Positions 42,639-55,500 of a stretch of 64,000 nucleotides of DNA are shown piece by piece. The position numbers and the translations under genes were made by a program. The DNA is from Rebecca billardiae RCC1528 (taxonomy: Eukaryota; Protista; Haptophyta): the NCBI GenBank assembly GCA_965240325.2, contig OZ251232.1:558001-622000 (forward strand), read 5' to 3'. The notes under the pieces are model-generated. The model worked only from the letters and a program-made list of their open reading frames with translations, searched no databases and had not been told where the DNA came from. Each line of letters begins with the position of its first letter. Position 1 is the first letter of the stretch.

Positions 42639-45600
42639 ATGGAGCCAACGCGTCCACTCGCCGTACTCGCCGCGTTGCTCGCCACCGCGAGCGCACAGGC
42701 GTCGTGGGAGGACGTCGCGCAGCTCGCAGGTAAGTGCATTCACTGAAGCGCGCCCTCGCGCGCCGTGCGTCGGACGCCTCGCCGGTACCTTACGCATATT
42801 GCGCGCGCGCGTGCGCTGCATGCCGTGCAGTTGGTGCATGGACCTCTTCGTCCACTCTGCTCTCGAATGCCGCGCTGGCAACGCCGGTGGTGCTCTCTGA
42901 CGGCACGTGGTGCCTCGAAAGCCCCCAGCTGCGCGACACCCTCTCGCCCCAGGACGTGATCGCCTCCGCAGACGAGCTGATCGCGTGGGAGGGCGGAGAG
43001 ACGCTGGCAGCGTGGAACGTGTACGCGGGCTGCTACGGTGCGCGCCACGCGCGGACGGGTGCGCCCGATGCGCGCTTGGCTCGTGCAATGCTGACGTGCT
43101 TCGGCCCCTCGCCCCCTGGCGCCCGCCCTCACGCAGACGCGCGCCTCGCCTCCGTCGACGTGCTGCCCGCGGCGCCGTCATGGTCTGCCGCACACGCGAG
43201 CTGCCTCGACGACCCGAAGGAACTCGCCACGTGCGACATGGCGTGCGCGGCGCTCGGGCTGGGCTCGTATGCGCCAAACGCGTGCGACGGCGTCACCAAC
43301 CCGTACGCCAACTCGAGCGTGATCGCCCACGCCTCGGGCGCGCAGCTGCAGTCCGCCCTGCAGTCATCCCGCGCCCTCACCTCCTCCGCCTTTGGACTGG
43401 GAGTGTCTCTGCTGCAGTTGCATGGCGCATTTGCCGCGTGGGCGGAGGCGCGTGTTGCGGCGTGCGGGGAGGAGCTGAGTCTGGTGGAGATCATCGACGC
43501 GCAGGACGTCGAGGCGCTCTGGCTGGCTGCCACCTCCGCGCACGCAGCCGCCATCTGCGCCCAGCTGTCGGGTGCGCTGGCACCCCTGGGCGCACAGCTG
43601 GGACACACGCGGGCGGTGCTGCTGCCCGAGCTGGTGGGGGCGATCGATGCAGGGCTGCCGGGCTGGGCGGACGCCGATGCAGTTGAAGACACGCTCGTCA
43701 CCGCCATCGAAGACCTCATCGACCTCGCCGAGCAGCTCGGCAACTGCACCGCCGCCATCGACACCTCCGCCGCGCGTGCCACCATCACCACACACGCCTC
43801 AGCCGTCCTCGCCTCCACGCTCAGCCTGGTGGCGGCGGTTGGCACGCCCGCCACGGAGGCGGACTACGCGCTGCAGCAGTACGCGCTGGAGATGGGCGCG
43901 CAGTACGGATCGATCGCCGCGCTCGTGCTCGCCGCGCTCAGCGCCCGCCGCGTGCACGACGAGGCGAGCACACAGAGCGCCCTCCCCACCGACTGCGCCG
44001 CCCTCGGCAGCCCTGCGCTGACGGAGGGAGGGGGGCATGCGAGTGCTGCGGAGGTGGCGGCGGTGGGCGCGGCGCTGGACCTGCTGCACGAGCCGCTCTC
44101 CGACGTGCTTGCGAGCGTCGACGGCGACACCTCACCCACCGCCAACCCCGCCTGGGCGTCCTGCCTCACCGCCCAGCGCGACGCCGTGTCCCCTCTGGTT
44201 GCTCAGCTGCTGGCGCTCAGCCCGCCCCCCGACTGGCATGGGGCGGCACAGCTGCTGGGGCTGGGACGCTGCCGCGCGCTGCTGCTGCCGGCGGCGCTGC
44301 TCACCGCCACGATGGACGAGGTCTCCACCGACGGCGCCGTCCTCACCACGCCCCTCACCCTCGACGCCCCCTCCGCCCTGCTGCTCCTCGCCTCCGACCT
44401 CTCCGCCGCCCGTGTGGGCGATCTCCCCGACGCCCTTCTGTTCGACGTGGGCAACGGGGTGCTGCAGCTGCTCGACCCCATGGCGGAGGGGGCCGGCGGG
44501 AGGCGGAGGAGGAGGCTGGCAACGTGCGACGCGGGACTATGCGGCGTGGACGTCAAGTGCAACGACGGTGTCTACGCGGCTGTGGGCATCGGCAGCTACT
44601 CGCCCTCTGGCGATTGTGGCGAGTACGCGTGCACCAACAGGCTCGACGCGTGCGCAGAAGGTGCGTACCCAAACGTAGTCTCATCGAGCACGGCCTACAT
44701 CTCGGCGGGCGGCGGCATCGATCAATGCGAGTTTGCATGTGCGCCAGCTGGGCACTGGGCATCTTGGGACTTCTACCCGTCCGGCTACTGCGGCAATCTC
44801 GGGACCTGCTGCTTGCCGTGCTTCCCCGCCTGGTACGGCACCTACTCACCCGCCAACGACAACGACTTCATCCACTGCAGCAATGCAGTCGGCGAGTTGA
44901 TGGTAGACTTTTCCTACACAGCCATCGCGCATGGCGACGCCGACTGCCCATTCACATGCCTCAAGCTCGACCACTACAAGTCTGGCAACGAGTGCGTGCC
45001 CGTGCCCCTCGGCTCCTACTCCCCCGCCTCGGACAACGCGCTGTACCCGTGCACGCCGGACGCGGCAGCATGGCTGCCCTCGGGTCTGTACGCGTTCACC
45101 TCAGCGGGGGGCGGGCTGGACAACTGCACGGCCACGTGGCGCACGCAGGCGTACGCGCGGCTGCCGAGCCACCACCCGGCGGCGTACGCGCTCGACTCCT
45201 TCACCGCCGAGCTGTGGCTCAAGACCTCCGCCCCCCTCGGCAGCAGCCCCACCTCCGTCCTGGGCGTGCTGCAGGCGTGGTTCATCTCGGCCGCCGAGAT
45301 TGACCCTGGCTGCGTGTCGCTCGGGCTGCACCACGCGTGGCTGGCGTCGGAGCTGCCGCGCTCGCACGAGCTGTCGAGCTCCGCGTGCAGCCCGATCGCG
45401 CCCGACGAGTGGCACCACCTCGCCGTCGCCGGCGCCCTCCAGCCCGCCCCTCCCAGCGGCGGCCCTGCCCCCCTGGACGTGTGCTACTACTGGGATGGCA
45501 CCCGGCTGGGGTGTGTGCGCACGGCTGCCTTCATCGTGGACGTGCCCGCGCTCATCGCGCAGATCGTGGCGGCGGGGGAGGAGGGCGGCGCGGGCAACGC

Positions 45601-48600
45601 CACGCTGTTTGTGGGCGGCACCAACGGGTACGAGTCCGACGGCTTCCCCTCGGGCTTCTTCGTCGGCTCCATCGACGAGGTGCGCGTGTGGGGCCGTCCG
45701 CTGCAGAGCGCAGAGCTGGGCTGGGCGCGCACCGAGCTGGCGAGGGCGAGTGACTGCGCGCGCGGCGGGGAGCCGTGCGGCGGGGGCTGCCTGCCGCAGT
45801 GCGCGGAGGGCACGGCGCGCGACGAGCCGACGTGCGAGTGCGTGTGCTCCGCCACGGACGAGCCGCTCCAGCCCCTCGCCCACGCCCTCGGCCGCTGCGC
45901 CCCCGCCTGCCCCGCCACCACGCTCGCTTCAAGTGACGGCGTGTGCGGCTGCGCTGAGGATGAGCAGCTGACGTGGAGGGGGCGCTATGTCGCCATCGCC
46001 ACGGTGGACGCGTCAGCGGCGGGCGCGGAGGCGGCGGACGTGCTGCCCGACGAGGACACCGACCCGACCTCGCGCTGCTGGGGCTGCGACCCCACCGCCG
46101 ACAGCCTCGGCCTGGCGGAGGTGGCGGTGTACGACACAGCGGGCGCGCCCATCTCAGTGCTCGGCTGCGCCGAGCGGGGCGCGGGCGGGGTGGCACACCT
46201 CGATGCGGACGGCGTGACGCAGTGCGCCGCGCTGTACGACGGGGACCTCGGCCGCTCGGCGGGCGCCCAGATGCTCGGCGTGGACGCGGGGCTGCTCGGC
46301 ATCGTCCTCGACCTCGGCGCCGACCGCGACATCGGCGCCATCGCCGTGGTCAACTACAACGCGCCCTTCCAACGCGCGCGCGGCGTGCGGCGCGCGCACG
46401 TCTTCATCACGGGCGGCGCGGCGGCGGCGTCGCGCGCGGACTTTGGGGCGGTGTTCGCGCAGCGGCAGGGCGTGGCGGAGGGCGGCGTGACGCTGCCCGT
46501 CGGCGCAGTCGGCGACGCCGAGCTCGCCGCGGGCGCGGGCACGCTCACACTCGACGACCGCAACCTGACGCGCTCGAGCGCGGCGCCGCTGCGGTGCGTG
46601 CCGTGCGGCGCGGACGCGGCCGGCTCGGCGGGCGGCGGCGTGCGCGGGCGCACGCGGCGCGAGCACTGCGGCTGCCTGCCCTCGCTCGAGTGGGACGCCT
46701 CCGCCTCCGCCTGCGTCGCCAAGCCCGACACCCTCAGCGCCCCCGCCGTGGACGTCCCGGCGGGCAGCGTGCCGCACGGCACTCGGCTCAGCCTGAGCAT
46801 CCCGGCAGCGCAGGCGGCCGCGGGGGCGCGCGTGCTGTACACGCTGGATGGGCGGCCGCCCACGCCCATGCACGCGGTGGAGTACGACGCGGAGGCGGGC
46901 GTGGTGCTCAGCTCGAGCGGCGAGGTGAGCACACCGCTGCTCGAGTACACGCTGCGCGCAGTGAGCGTGCGTGCAGCCGAGCTGCCGTCAGCTGAGCTGA
47001 GCGCTGCCTACACGGTCTACAACCTTCCGCCGCCCAGCCCGCCGCCCCCGCCGCCCAGCCCGCCGCCGAGCCCGCCGCCGAGCCCGCCGCCACCGAGCTC
47101 GCCGCCCGCCGCGCCGCCACACCCGCCGCCCAGCCCGCCACCGAGTCCGCCGCCCAGCCCGCCGCCCAGCCCGCCGCCGCGGCCGCCGCCCAGCCCGCCG
47201 CCCAGCCCGCCGCCCCGCCCGCCGCCCTCGCCGCCGCCCTCGCCGCCGCCACTCCCGCCGCCGCTCCCGCCGCCCTCGCCGCCGCCGCCCTCGCCGCCGC
47301 CCTCGCCGCCGCCCGGCCGCGCGCTCCAGCTCGCCTTCACCCTCGCGCTCGAGCCCGCGGACTGGACCGCCGAGCGCGAGACCGCGCTCCGCACCGCGCT
47401 GGCCGCGCAGGCAGGCGTCCAAGTCTCGCAGGTGCGCGTGCTCGCGGTGGCGGCGGGCTCGCTCGTCATTTCCGTCGAGGTGTTCGCGCTCGAGACGGAC
47501 GGGAACGTGCTCGGCGCGCTGGACGGGCTGAGCGCGGAGGCGGTGCAGACGGCGCTCGTGCTGCCGGAGCCGCCCGTCTTCGCGTTCACCAACCTGCCGC
47601 CGTCGTCGCCGCCGCCCAGCCCGCCGCGCGCCGTCGCCGCCGGCGGCGGTGACGGCGGCGACGACGACGACGACGACGACGATGGCGCAGGCGACGGTGT
47701 CGCCACATTGCTCACGGCCAACGGCACAGCCAACGGCACGTTTGCCGAGGACTTTGGGCAGCAGCTCGGCGTGAGCGCGGAGGAGGGCGTGGGCATCCTG
47801 GCCGCCCTGTGCCTCGGCGCGTGCTGCTGCTTCCTCGCCCTCCCCCTCGCTTGGTGGGTCCGAGGGCGGCTCAGCAGCCGGCGCATGCGCGCGGACGCGG
47901 CCGGCGGCGCCAAGGCGTCGGGGGCGCTCGGCTCGTCGCTCCAGCTGGACAAGAGCGGCTTCGGCTCGCCCACGATCTCCTCCCTCGGGCTGTCCGCCGG
48001 GCTGAGCGAGCTCGAGGAAGCGCACGAGCTGAGAGCGGCCATGGGCAGCGGAGGAGGCGGAGGCAGCGGGCTGTCGGGTGGCTCTGGTGTGGGCGAGGAC
48101 TTTGCACGCGCACTCACGGGAGCCAAGGGCGGGCACTCGCCGCACGCCGCCTCGCCGCAGCACCAGCCGCACCCGGGCGCCGCGCCCCGCCCCGCGCCCC
48201 TGAGCAGCTCGCTCAGCTCCATGTCCGTGATGGACCGCATGCTGCCGCCCCCGCCCGCCGAGATCTGGGCGCAGCTCAGCGCGGGCTCGTCACTCGGCTC
48301 GTGCGACAGCGGCGCGGCGGCCGAGGCGATGGCGGCGCACCGCTTCTCGCCGGCCGCGAGTGCGGCGCGGCCCGACCCACAGCCGGGCCGCGCGCACGCG
48401 GCAGCGGCCGAGCACGGCTGGTCTGCCGGCCCGCGCGGCGCGGCGGCGCACCCGAGCGCCGCCTCAGCCTCCGACCCGGGCGCTGACCCGGGCGCTGTGG
48501 TGTTGCATCTGCGCGCATCGCCGCCGCCGCGGTCCGGAGGGCGCACGCCGCCCTCGGACGGGCCGGCCTACTCGCCCGCGGAGGTGGCGATGGCGCCGCG

Positions 48601-49132
48601 CGCACCGCCGCACGCGCCGCGCGGCGGGGCGACGCCGGCCGCGCAGCCGCCGCCGCCGCCCCGCGGCACGCCGCCCTCCGCGCCGCACGAGGATGCGCAC
48701 ACCGCAGCCGCCACCAAGATACAGTCAGCGTACCGGCGGCACTCGGGCGGCGAGGATGGCGCGCGCGCCGACGACACGTCGTACGCCGCGGGCGCGGCCG
48801 TGTGGCTCGCCCCGCTGCTCACGACGGCGCGGAGCTTCGTCGCCGGCGGCAGCAGCGGTCTGGGCTCCTTCACAGGCCGGGGCTGGGCGGAGCAGCTGCC
48901 GCCGCAGCAGCCGTCGGCCGCGGCCGCGCTCGCGCAGGTGCAGCAGCCGCAGCCCCGCCGGCAGCACGGTGATGCGGACGATTACCACGGAGCCGCACCT
49001 TTCCCCGGACACGGCGATCAGCCCCACGGTGCCACGCCAGGGGCTGACGGCACCTCCCGCGGGGCCGCGGGATTCCAAGGCGAGGCGGCTGCGGGCGACG
49101 GCCGGCTCCGGTCCCTCCGGCTGAGCGCATGA
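42639..49132 (+). CDS. Large single-pass surface protein A: helical region, Cys-rich module, LamG, galactose-binding-like, Fn3-associated, poly-Pro, TM, IQ tail
   Basis: Signal-peptide exon 42639..42729, intron 42730..42830 (GTAAGT..GCAG), exon 42831..49132. LamG motifs FTAELWLK, WHHLAV, GSIDEVRVW; IVLDLG..IAVVNYN; VLYTLDGRPPT; TM at about 47790-47860; AATKIQSAYRRH. Confidence 0.82.
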
Positions 49133-49562
49133 AGCAGCGGGGCCGTCTGAGTAGCTGGGCCTTCGGGTCATCTGCCGTACTGTACTGATCGCGCTGGTCT
49201 GAGTCTCGAACCTTAGCTGGTGCACGCAGGCTGACACCGGCATATGAAATGCATTACTGCCCTCGGGAGTTAGCAGGACGCCTCGATCCTAGGCTGAGCA
49301 TGAAGGCCGCGGGAGAAGGGGCGAGCATCCACGGCATGATCGGCAAGCGTCTGCTCGCCGCGTACGCATGGCGCTGCAAGAGATCTGGGCGCCCCGCCCC
49401 CAACCATGACGCCAAGCCGCGCGGCGTGGCGTTCGTCATGGGCGACGCCCGTCCTCCGTGGCGAAAATGGTCCGGGTGGCCCCAAATCAAGCCCGGATGC
49501 CGCGGCTGATGGAAGGCGGGAAGCGCACCAACCACCGAGCAGCTTGCAGCTTGCGAGCTGAG

Positions 49563-52500
49563 ATGGTGCCGCCCGGCCGCCGCTCCACGGCGACGCGCAC
49601 CGCGCTCGCCGCGTGGATCTTCACGCTGCCGGCCGCGCTCGGCGCGTGCACGCCGGGCGCATGCACTGAGAACGTGTACTGCGCCGACGGCGATGTCCTC
49701 ACGCCCGTCGGCGTCGGCTCGTACTCGCCCGCGGGCGACTGCGCGCTGTACGCGTGCACGACCAAGCCAACAGCGTGCGCGGCCTCGGTTGCCTACGAAA
49801 ACGCGGTCGACTCGGAGATCGCGTACGTGTCCGATGGGGCCGGTGGCTCGGATTCATGCGACTGGGCATGCGCGCCCGGCGGCCACGTGCTCGGCGGCGA
49901 GGGCCAGCCGCACCCCGGGACGGGCTGCATTGCGTGCCGGCTGACGGTGCAGTACTACTACTCGCTGCCGCTCGAGAACGAGGAGTACACGTGCGACTTC
50001 TCGTGGCCGCCGCCCGAGTGGAGCAACGTGTGGATCGACCCAACCTACGCTGGCAACGACTCGCCCCAGTGCAAGCTCGCGTGCATCGACGGCTCGCCCA
50101 TGCCCTCGTGCCTCCCATCGCCCATGCCACCGCCACAGTCGCCGCCGCCGGCGCCACCGCGGCCTCCCAGCGCGCCGCCGGCGCCACCGTCGCCTCCAAC
50201 GCCGCCTTCGCCGCCTCATCCGCCGCCGTCGAGCCCGCCGCCGCGCCCGCCGCCATCGCCTCTGCCGTCCGCGCCACCGTCCCCGCCGCCAGCACCGCCG
50301 CCGTCGCCGCCGCCGGCACCGCCGCCCTCGCCGCTGCCGCTACCGCCACCATCGCCACCGCCCTCACCACCGCCGTGGCCTCCGCCGTCGTTACCACCGT
50401 TACCACCACCATCGCTGCCGCCTTCGGCGCCGCCCACGCCACCACCGTCACCGCCGCTGTCACCGCCGCCAACGCCGCCACCATCGCCACCGCCGCACGC
50501 GCCGCCCGAGCCACCACCATCTCCGCCGCCGAGCCTGCCCCCCTCACCGCCACCGAGGCCACCGCCCTCACCTCCGTCACCATCCCCACCGTCATCGCCA
50601 CCGTCGCCACCACCATCGCCACCACCGTCGCTGCCGCCACTGCCACCGCCATCGCCGCCACCGTCGCCTCCCCCACAGCCGCCGCCGTCCCCGCCGCCGT
50701 CGCCGCCGCCGCGACTTCCGCCCTTGCCCCCACCGACCCCGCCGCCATCGCCGCCACCGTCGCCTTCCCCACAGCGGCCGCCGTCCCCGCCGCCGTCGCC
50801 GCCGCCACGACTTCCGCCCTCGCCCCCACCGACCCCGCCGCCATCGCCGCCACCGGCCCCGCCCCCGCAGCTACCGCCATCGCCGCCCCCCTCGCCGCCA
50901 CCAACGACCCCGCCGCAACCACCGCCACTGCCGCCGCCAGTGCCACCACCGTCGCCACCGCCACAGCTGCCGCCAATACCGCCGCCCTCGCCGCCGCCCT
51001 CGCCGCCGCCCTCGCCGCCGCCCTCTCCACCGCCACCACCAACGTCTCCACCACCTGCGCCGCCGCCTTCACCGCCGCCAGCGCCGCCGCCATCGTCGCC
51101 GCCGAGTCCGCCGCCATCACCGCCGCCCTCGCCGCCGCCCTCGCCGCCGCCCTCTCCACCGCCGCCACCAACATCCCCACCACCTGCGCCGCCGCCTTCA
51201 CCGCCGCCAGCGCCGCCGCCATCGTCGCCGCCGAGTCCGCCGCCATCACCGCCGCCCTCGCCGCCGCCCTCGCCGCCGCCCTCTCCACCGCCGCCACCAA
51301 CGTCCCCACCACCTGCGCCGCCGCCTTCACCGCCGCCAGCGCCGCCGCCATCATCGCCGCCGAGTCCGCCGCCATCACTGCCGCCCTCGGCACCGCCATT
51401 GCCACCGCCGACCTCACCGCCATCTCCACCGCCCTCACCGCCGCCACAGCCACCACCACGGCCTCCGCCGCTGCCGCCCCCGCAGCAACCACCGACACCA
51501 CCCCCAATCCCACCGCCCTCGCCGCCACCGAGTCACCCGCCCACACCACCACCCTCGCCCCCACCCGAATCACCGCCATCGCCGCCGCCGTCGTCACCGC
51601 CATCACAGCCTCCTCATCCGCCACCGACGCCACCGCCGAGCCCACCGCCGAGCCCTCCGCCGTCGTCGCCGCCGTCCCAGCCGCCACACCCGCCACCATC
51701 ACCACCGCCATCGCCACCGCCGAGCCCTCCGCCGTCGTTGCCACCATCACAGCCTCCGCGTCCGCCACCTCCATCGCCGCCGAGCCCACCGCCAAGCCCG
51801 CCGCCGTCGTCACCGCCATCACAGCCGCCACACCCGCCACCGTCACCACCGCCATCGCCGCCGCCGAGCCCACCGCCGTCGTTGCCACCATCACAGCCTC
51901 CACGTCCGCCACCTCCACCGCCGCCGAGCCCACCGCCAAGCCCGCCGCCGTCGTCACCACCATCACAGCCGCCACAGCCGCCACCGTCACCACCGCCATC
52001 GCCGCCACCGAGCCCTCCGCCGTCGTTGCCACCATCACAGCCGCCGCTCCCGCCACCTCCACCGCCGCCGAGCCCACCGCCAAGCCCGCCGCCGTCGTCA
52101 CCGCCATCACAGCCGCCACAGCCGCCACCGTCACCACCGCCATCGCCGCCACCGAGCCCACCGCCGTCGCCGCTGCCGTCACAGCCACCGCACCCGCCAC
52201 CATCACCACCGCCATCGCCGCCACCGAGCCCTCCGCCGTCGTTGCCACCATCACAGCCGCCGCTCCCGCCACCTCCACCGCCGCCGAGCCCACCGCCAAG
52301 CCCGCCGCCGTCGTCACCGCCATCACAGCCGCCACAGCCGCCACCGTCACCACCGCCATCGCCGCCACCGAGCCCACCGCCGTCGCCGCTGCCGTCACAG
52401 CCGCCGCACCCGCCACCATCACCACCGCCATCGCCGCCACCGAGCCCTCCGCCGTCGTTGCCACCATCACAGCCTCCGCTCCCGCCACCTCCACCGCCGC

Positions 52501-55500
52501 CGAGCCCACCGCCAAGCCCGCCGCCGTCGTCACCGCCATCACAGCCGCCACAGCCGCCACCGTCACCACCGCCATCGCCGCCGCCGAGCCCACCGCCGTC
52601 GTTGCCACCATCACAGCCTCCGCGTCCGCCACCTCCACCGCCGCCGAGCCCACCGCCAAGCCCGCCGCCGTCGTCACCGCCATCACAGCCGCCACAGCCG
52701 CCACCATCACCACCGCCATCGCCGCCGCCGAGCCCACCGCCGTCGCCGCTGCCGTCACAGCAGCCGCACCCGCCACCATCACCACCGCCATCGCCGCCAC
52801 CGAGCCCTCCGCCGTCATTGCCACCATCACAGCCTCCGCTTCCGCCACCTCCACCGCCGCCGAGCCCACCGCCAAGCCCGCCGCCGTCGTCACCGCCATC
52901 ACAGCCGCCACAGCCGCCACCGTCACCACCGCCATCGCCGCCACCGAGCCCTCCGCCGTCGTTGCCACCATCACAGCCTCCGCTTCCGCCACCTCCACCG
53001 CCGCCGAGCCCACCGCCAAGCCCGCCGCCGTCGTCACTGCCATCACAGCCGCCACAGCCGCCACCGTCACCACCGCCATCGCCGCCACCGAGCCCACCGC
53101 CGTCGCCGCTGCCGTCACAGCCGCCGCACCCGCCACCATCACCACCGCCATCGCCGCCACCGAGCCCTCCGCCGTCGTTGCCACCATCACAGCCTCCGCT
53201 CCCGCCACCTCCACCGCCGCCGAGCCCACCGCCAAGCCCGCCGCCGTCGTCACCGCCATCACAGCCGCCACAGCCGCCACCGTCACCACCGCCATCGCCG
53301 CCACCGAGCCCTCCGCCGTCGTTGCCACCATCACAGCCTCCGCTTCCGCCACCTCCACCGCCGCCGAGCCCACCGCCAAGCCCGCCGCCGTCGTCACTGC
53401 CATCACAGCCGCCACAGCCGCCACCGTCACCACCGCCATCGCCGCCACCGAGCCCACCGCCGTCGCCGCTGCCGTCACAGCCGCCGCACCCGCCACCATC
53501 ACCACCGCCATCGCCGCCACCGAGCCCTCCGCCGTCGTTGCCACCATCACAGCCTCCGCTCCCGCCACCTCCACCGCCGCCGAGCCCACCGCCAAGCCCG
53601 CCGCCGTCGTCACCGCCATCACAGCCGCCACAGCCGCCACCGTCACCACCGCCATCGCCGCCGCCGAGCCCACCGCCGTCGTTGCCACCATCACAGCCTC
53701 CGCGTCCGCCACCTCCACCGCCGCCGAGCCCACCGCCAAGCCCGCCGCCGTCGTCACCGCCATCACAGCCGCCACAGCCGCCACCATCACCACCGCCATC
53801 GCCGCCGCCGAGCCCACCGCCGTCGCCGCTGCCGTCACAGCCGCCGCACCCGCCACCATCACCACCGCCATCGCCGCCACCGAGCCCTCCGCCGTCATTG
53901 CCACCATCACAGCCTCCGCTTCCGCCACCTCCACCGCCGCCGAGCCCACCGCCAAGCCCGCCGCCGTCGTCACCGCCATCACAACCGCCACAGCCGCCAC
54001 CGTCACCACCGCCATCGCCGCCGCCGAGCCCACCGCCGTCGTTGCCACCATCACAGCCGCCGCTCCCGCCGCCTCCACCGCCGCCGAGCCCACCGCCAAG
54101 CCCGCCGCCGTCGTCACCGCCATCACAGCCGCCACAGCCGCCACCGTCACCACCGCCATCGCCGCCGCCGAGCCCACCGCCGTCGTTGCCACCATCACAG
54201 CCGCCGCTCCCGCCGCCTCCACCGCCGCCGAGCCCACCGCCAAGCCCGCCGCCGTCGTCACCGCCATCACAGCCGCCACAGCCGCCACCGTCACCACCGC
54301 CATCGCCGCCGCCGAGCCCACCGCCGTCGTTGCCACCATCACAGCCGCCGCTCCCGCCGCCTCCACCGCCGCCGAGCCCACCGCCAAGCCCGCCGCCGTC
54401 GTCACCGCCATCACAGCCGCCACAGCCGCCACCGTCACCACCGCCATCGCCGCCGCCGAGCCCGCCGCCGTCGCCACTGCCGTCACAGCCGCCGCACCCG
54501 CCACCGTCACCACCGCCATCGCCGCCACCGAGCCCTCCGCCGTCGTTGCCACCATCACAGCCTCCGCTTCCGCCACCTCCACCGCCGCCGAGCCCACCGC
54601 CAAGCCCACCGCCGTCGTCACCGCCATCACAGCCGCCACAGCCGCCACCGTCGTCACCGCCATCGCCGCCGCCGAGCCCACCGCCGTCGCCGCTGCCGTC
54701 ACAGCCGCCGCACCCGCCACCGTCACCACCGCCATCGCCGCCGCCAAGCCCACCGCCGTCGCCGCTGCCGTCACAGCAGCCGTACCCGCCACCATCACCA
54801 CCGCCATCGCCACCGCCGAGCCCACCGCCGTCGTTGCCACCGTCACAGCCGCCACACCCGCCACCAACGTCACCGCCAAGCTCACCGCCATCGCCCTTTC
54901 TGTCTCCGCCACCATCGCCGCCACCATCATTACCGCCATCAACACCGCCGCCGTCGCCACCACCGCAGATGCCACCAGCGCCCCCGCCGTCGCCACTGCC
55001 ATCGCTGTTACCACCGCCACCGCTGACACCCCCATCGAGGCCACCATCAGCGCAACCGCAGCCTTCGCCCTTGCAGCCGCCGTGGCCGCCATCTTCGACA
55101 CCGCCTTCTCCGCCAATGCCGCCACCGCCGCTGCCACCACCATCAGCACCACCGTCGTCGGCAACCCCGCCGCTGCAGCCCGCACCGCCAGCGGCGCCAT
55201 CACAGTCGTCCCCGCCAGCAGGGCTGCCGACACCTCCGCCTTCACAGCCACCAACGCCACCGCCGCGGCTGCCGCCGCCTCTGCCGCCGTCGGCACCTCC
55301 GTCGCAGCCGTCCACGTCGCCGCCGCATCTACCGCCATCATCGCCGCCGATGCTACCACCATCGCGTCCACCCTTGGCGCCACCGCCGCCGCTGTCGCCA
55401 TCGCCACCATCGTCGCCACCGCCACGGACGCCACCACCGCCACCGCCGCCATCGTCACCTCCAGGGGCGCCTCCTCTCCAGATGCCGCCATCGCCACCGC

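Noticed and set aside
51601-54900. Regular repeat array as a CRISPR
   Set aside because: No unique spacers and no cas genes; it is a coding minisatellite in a eukaryote.
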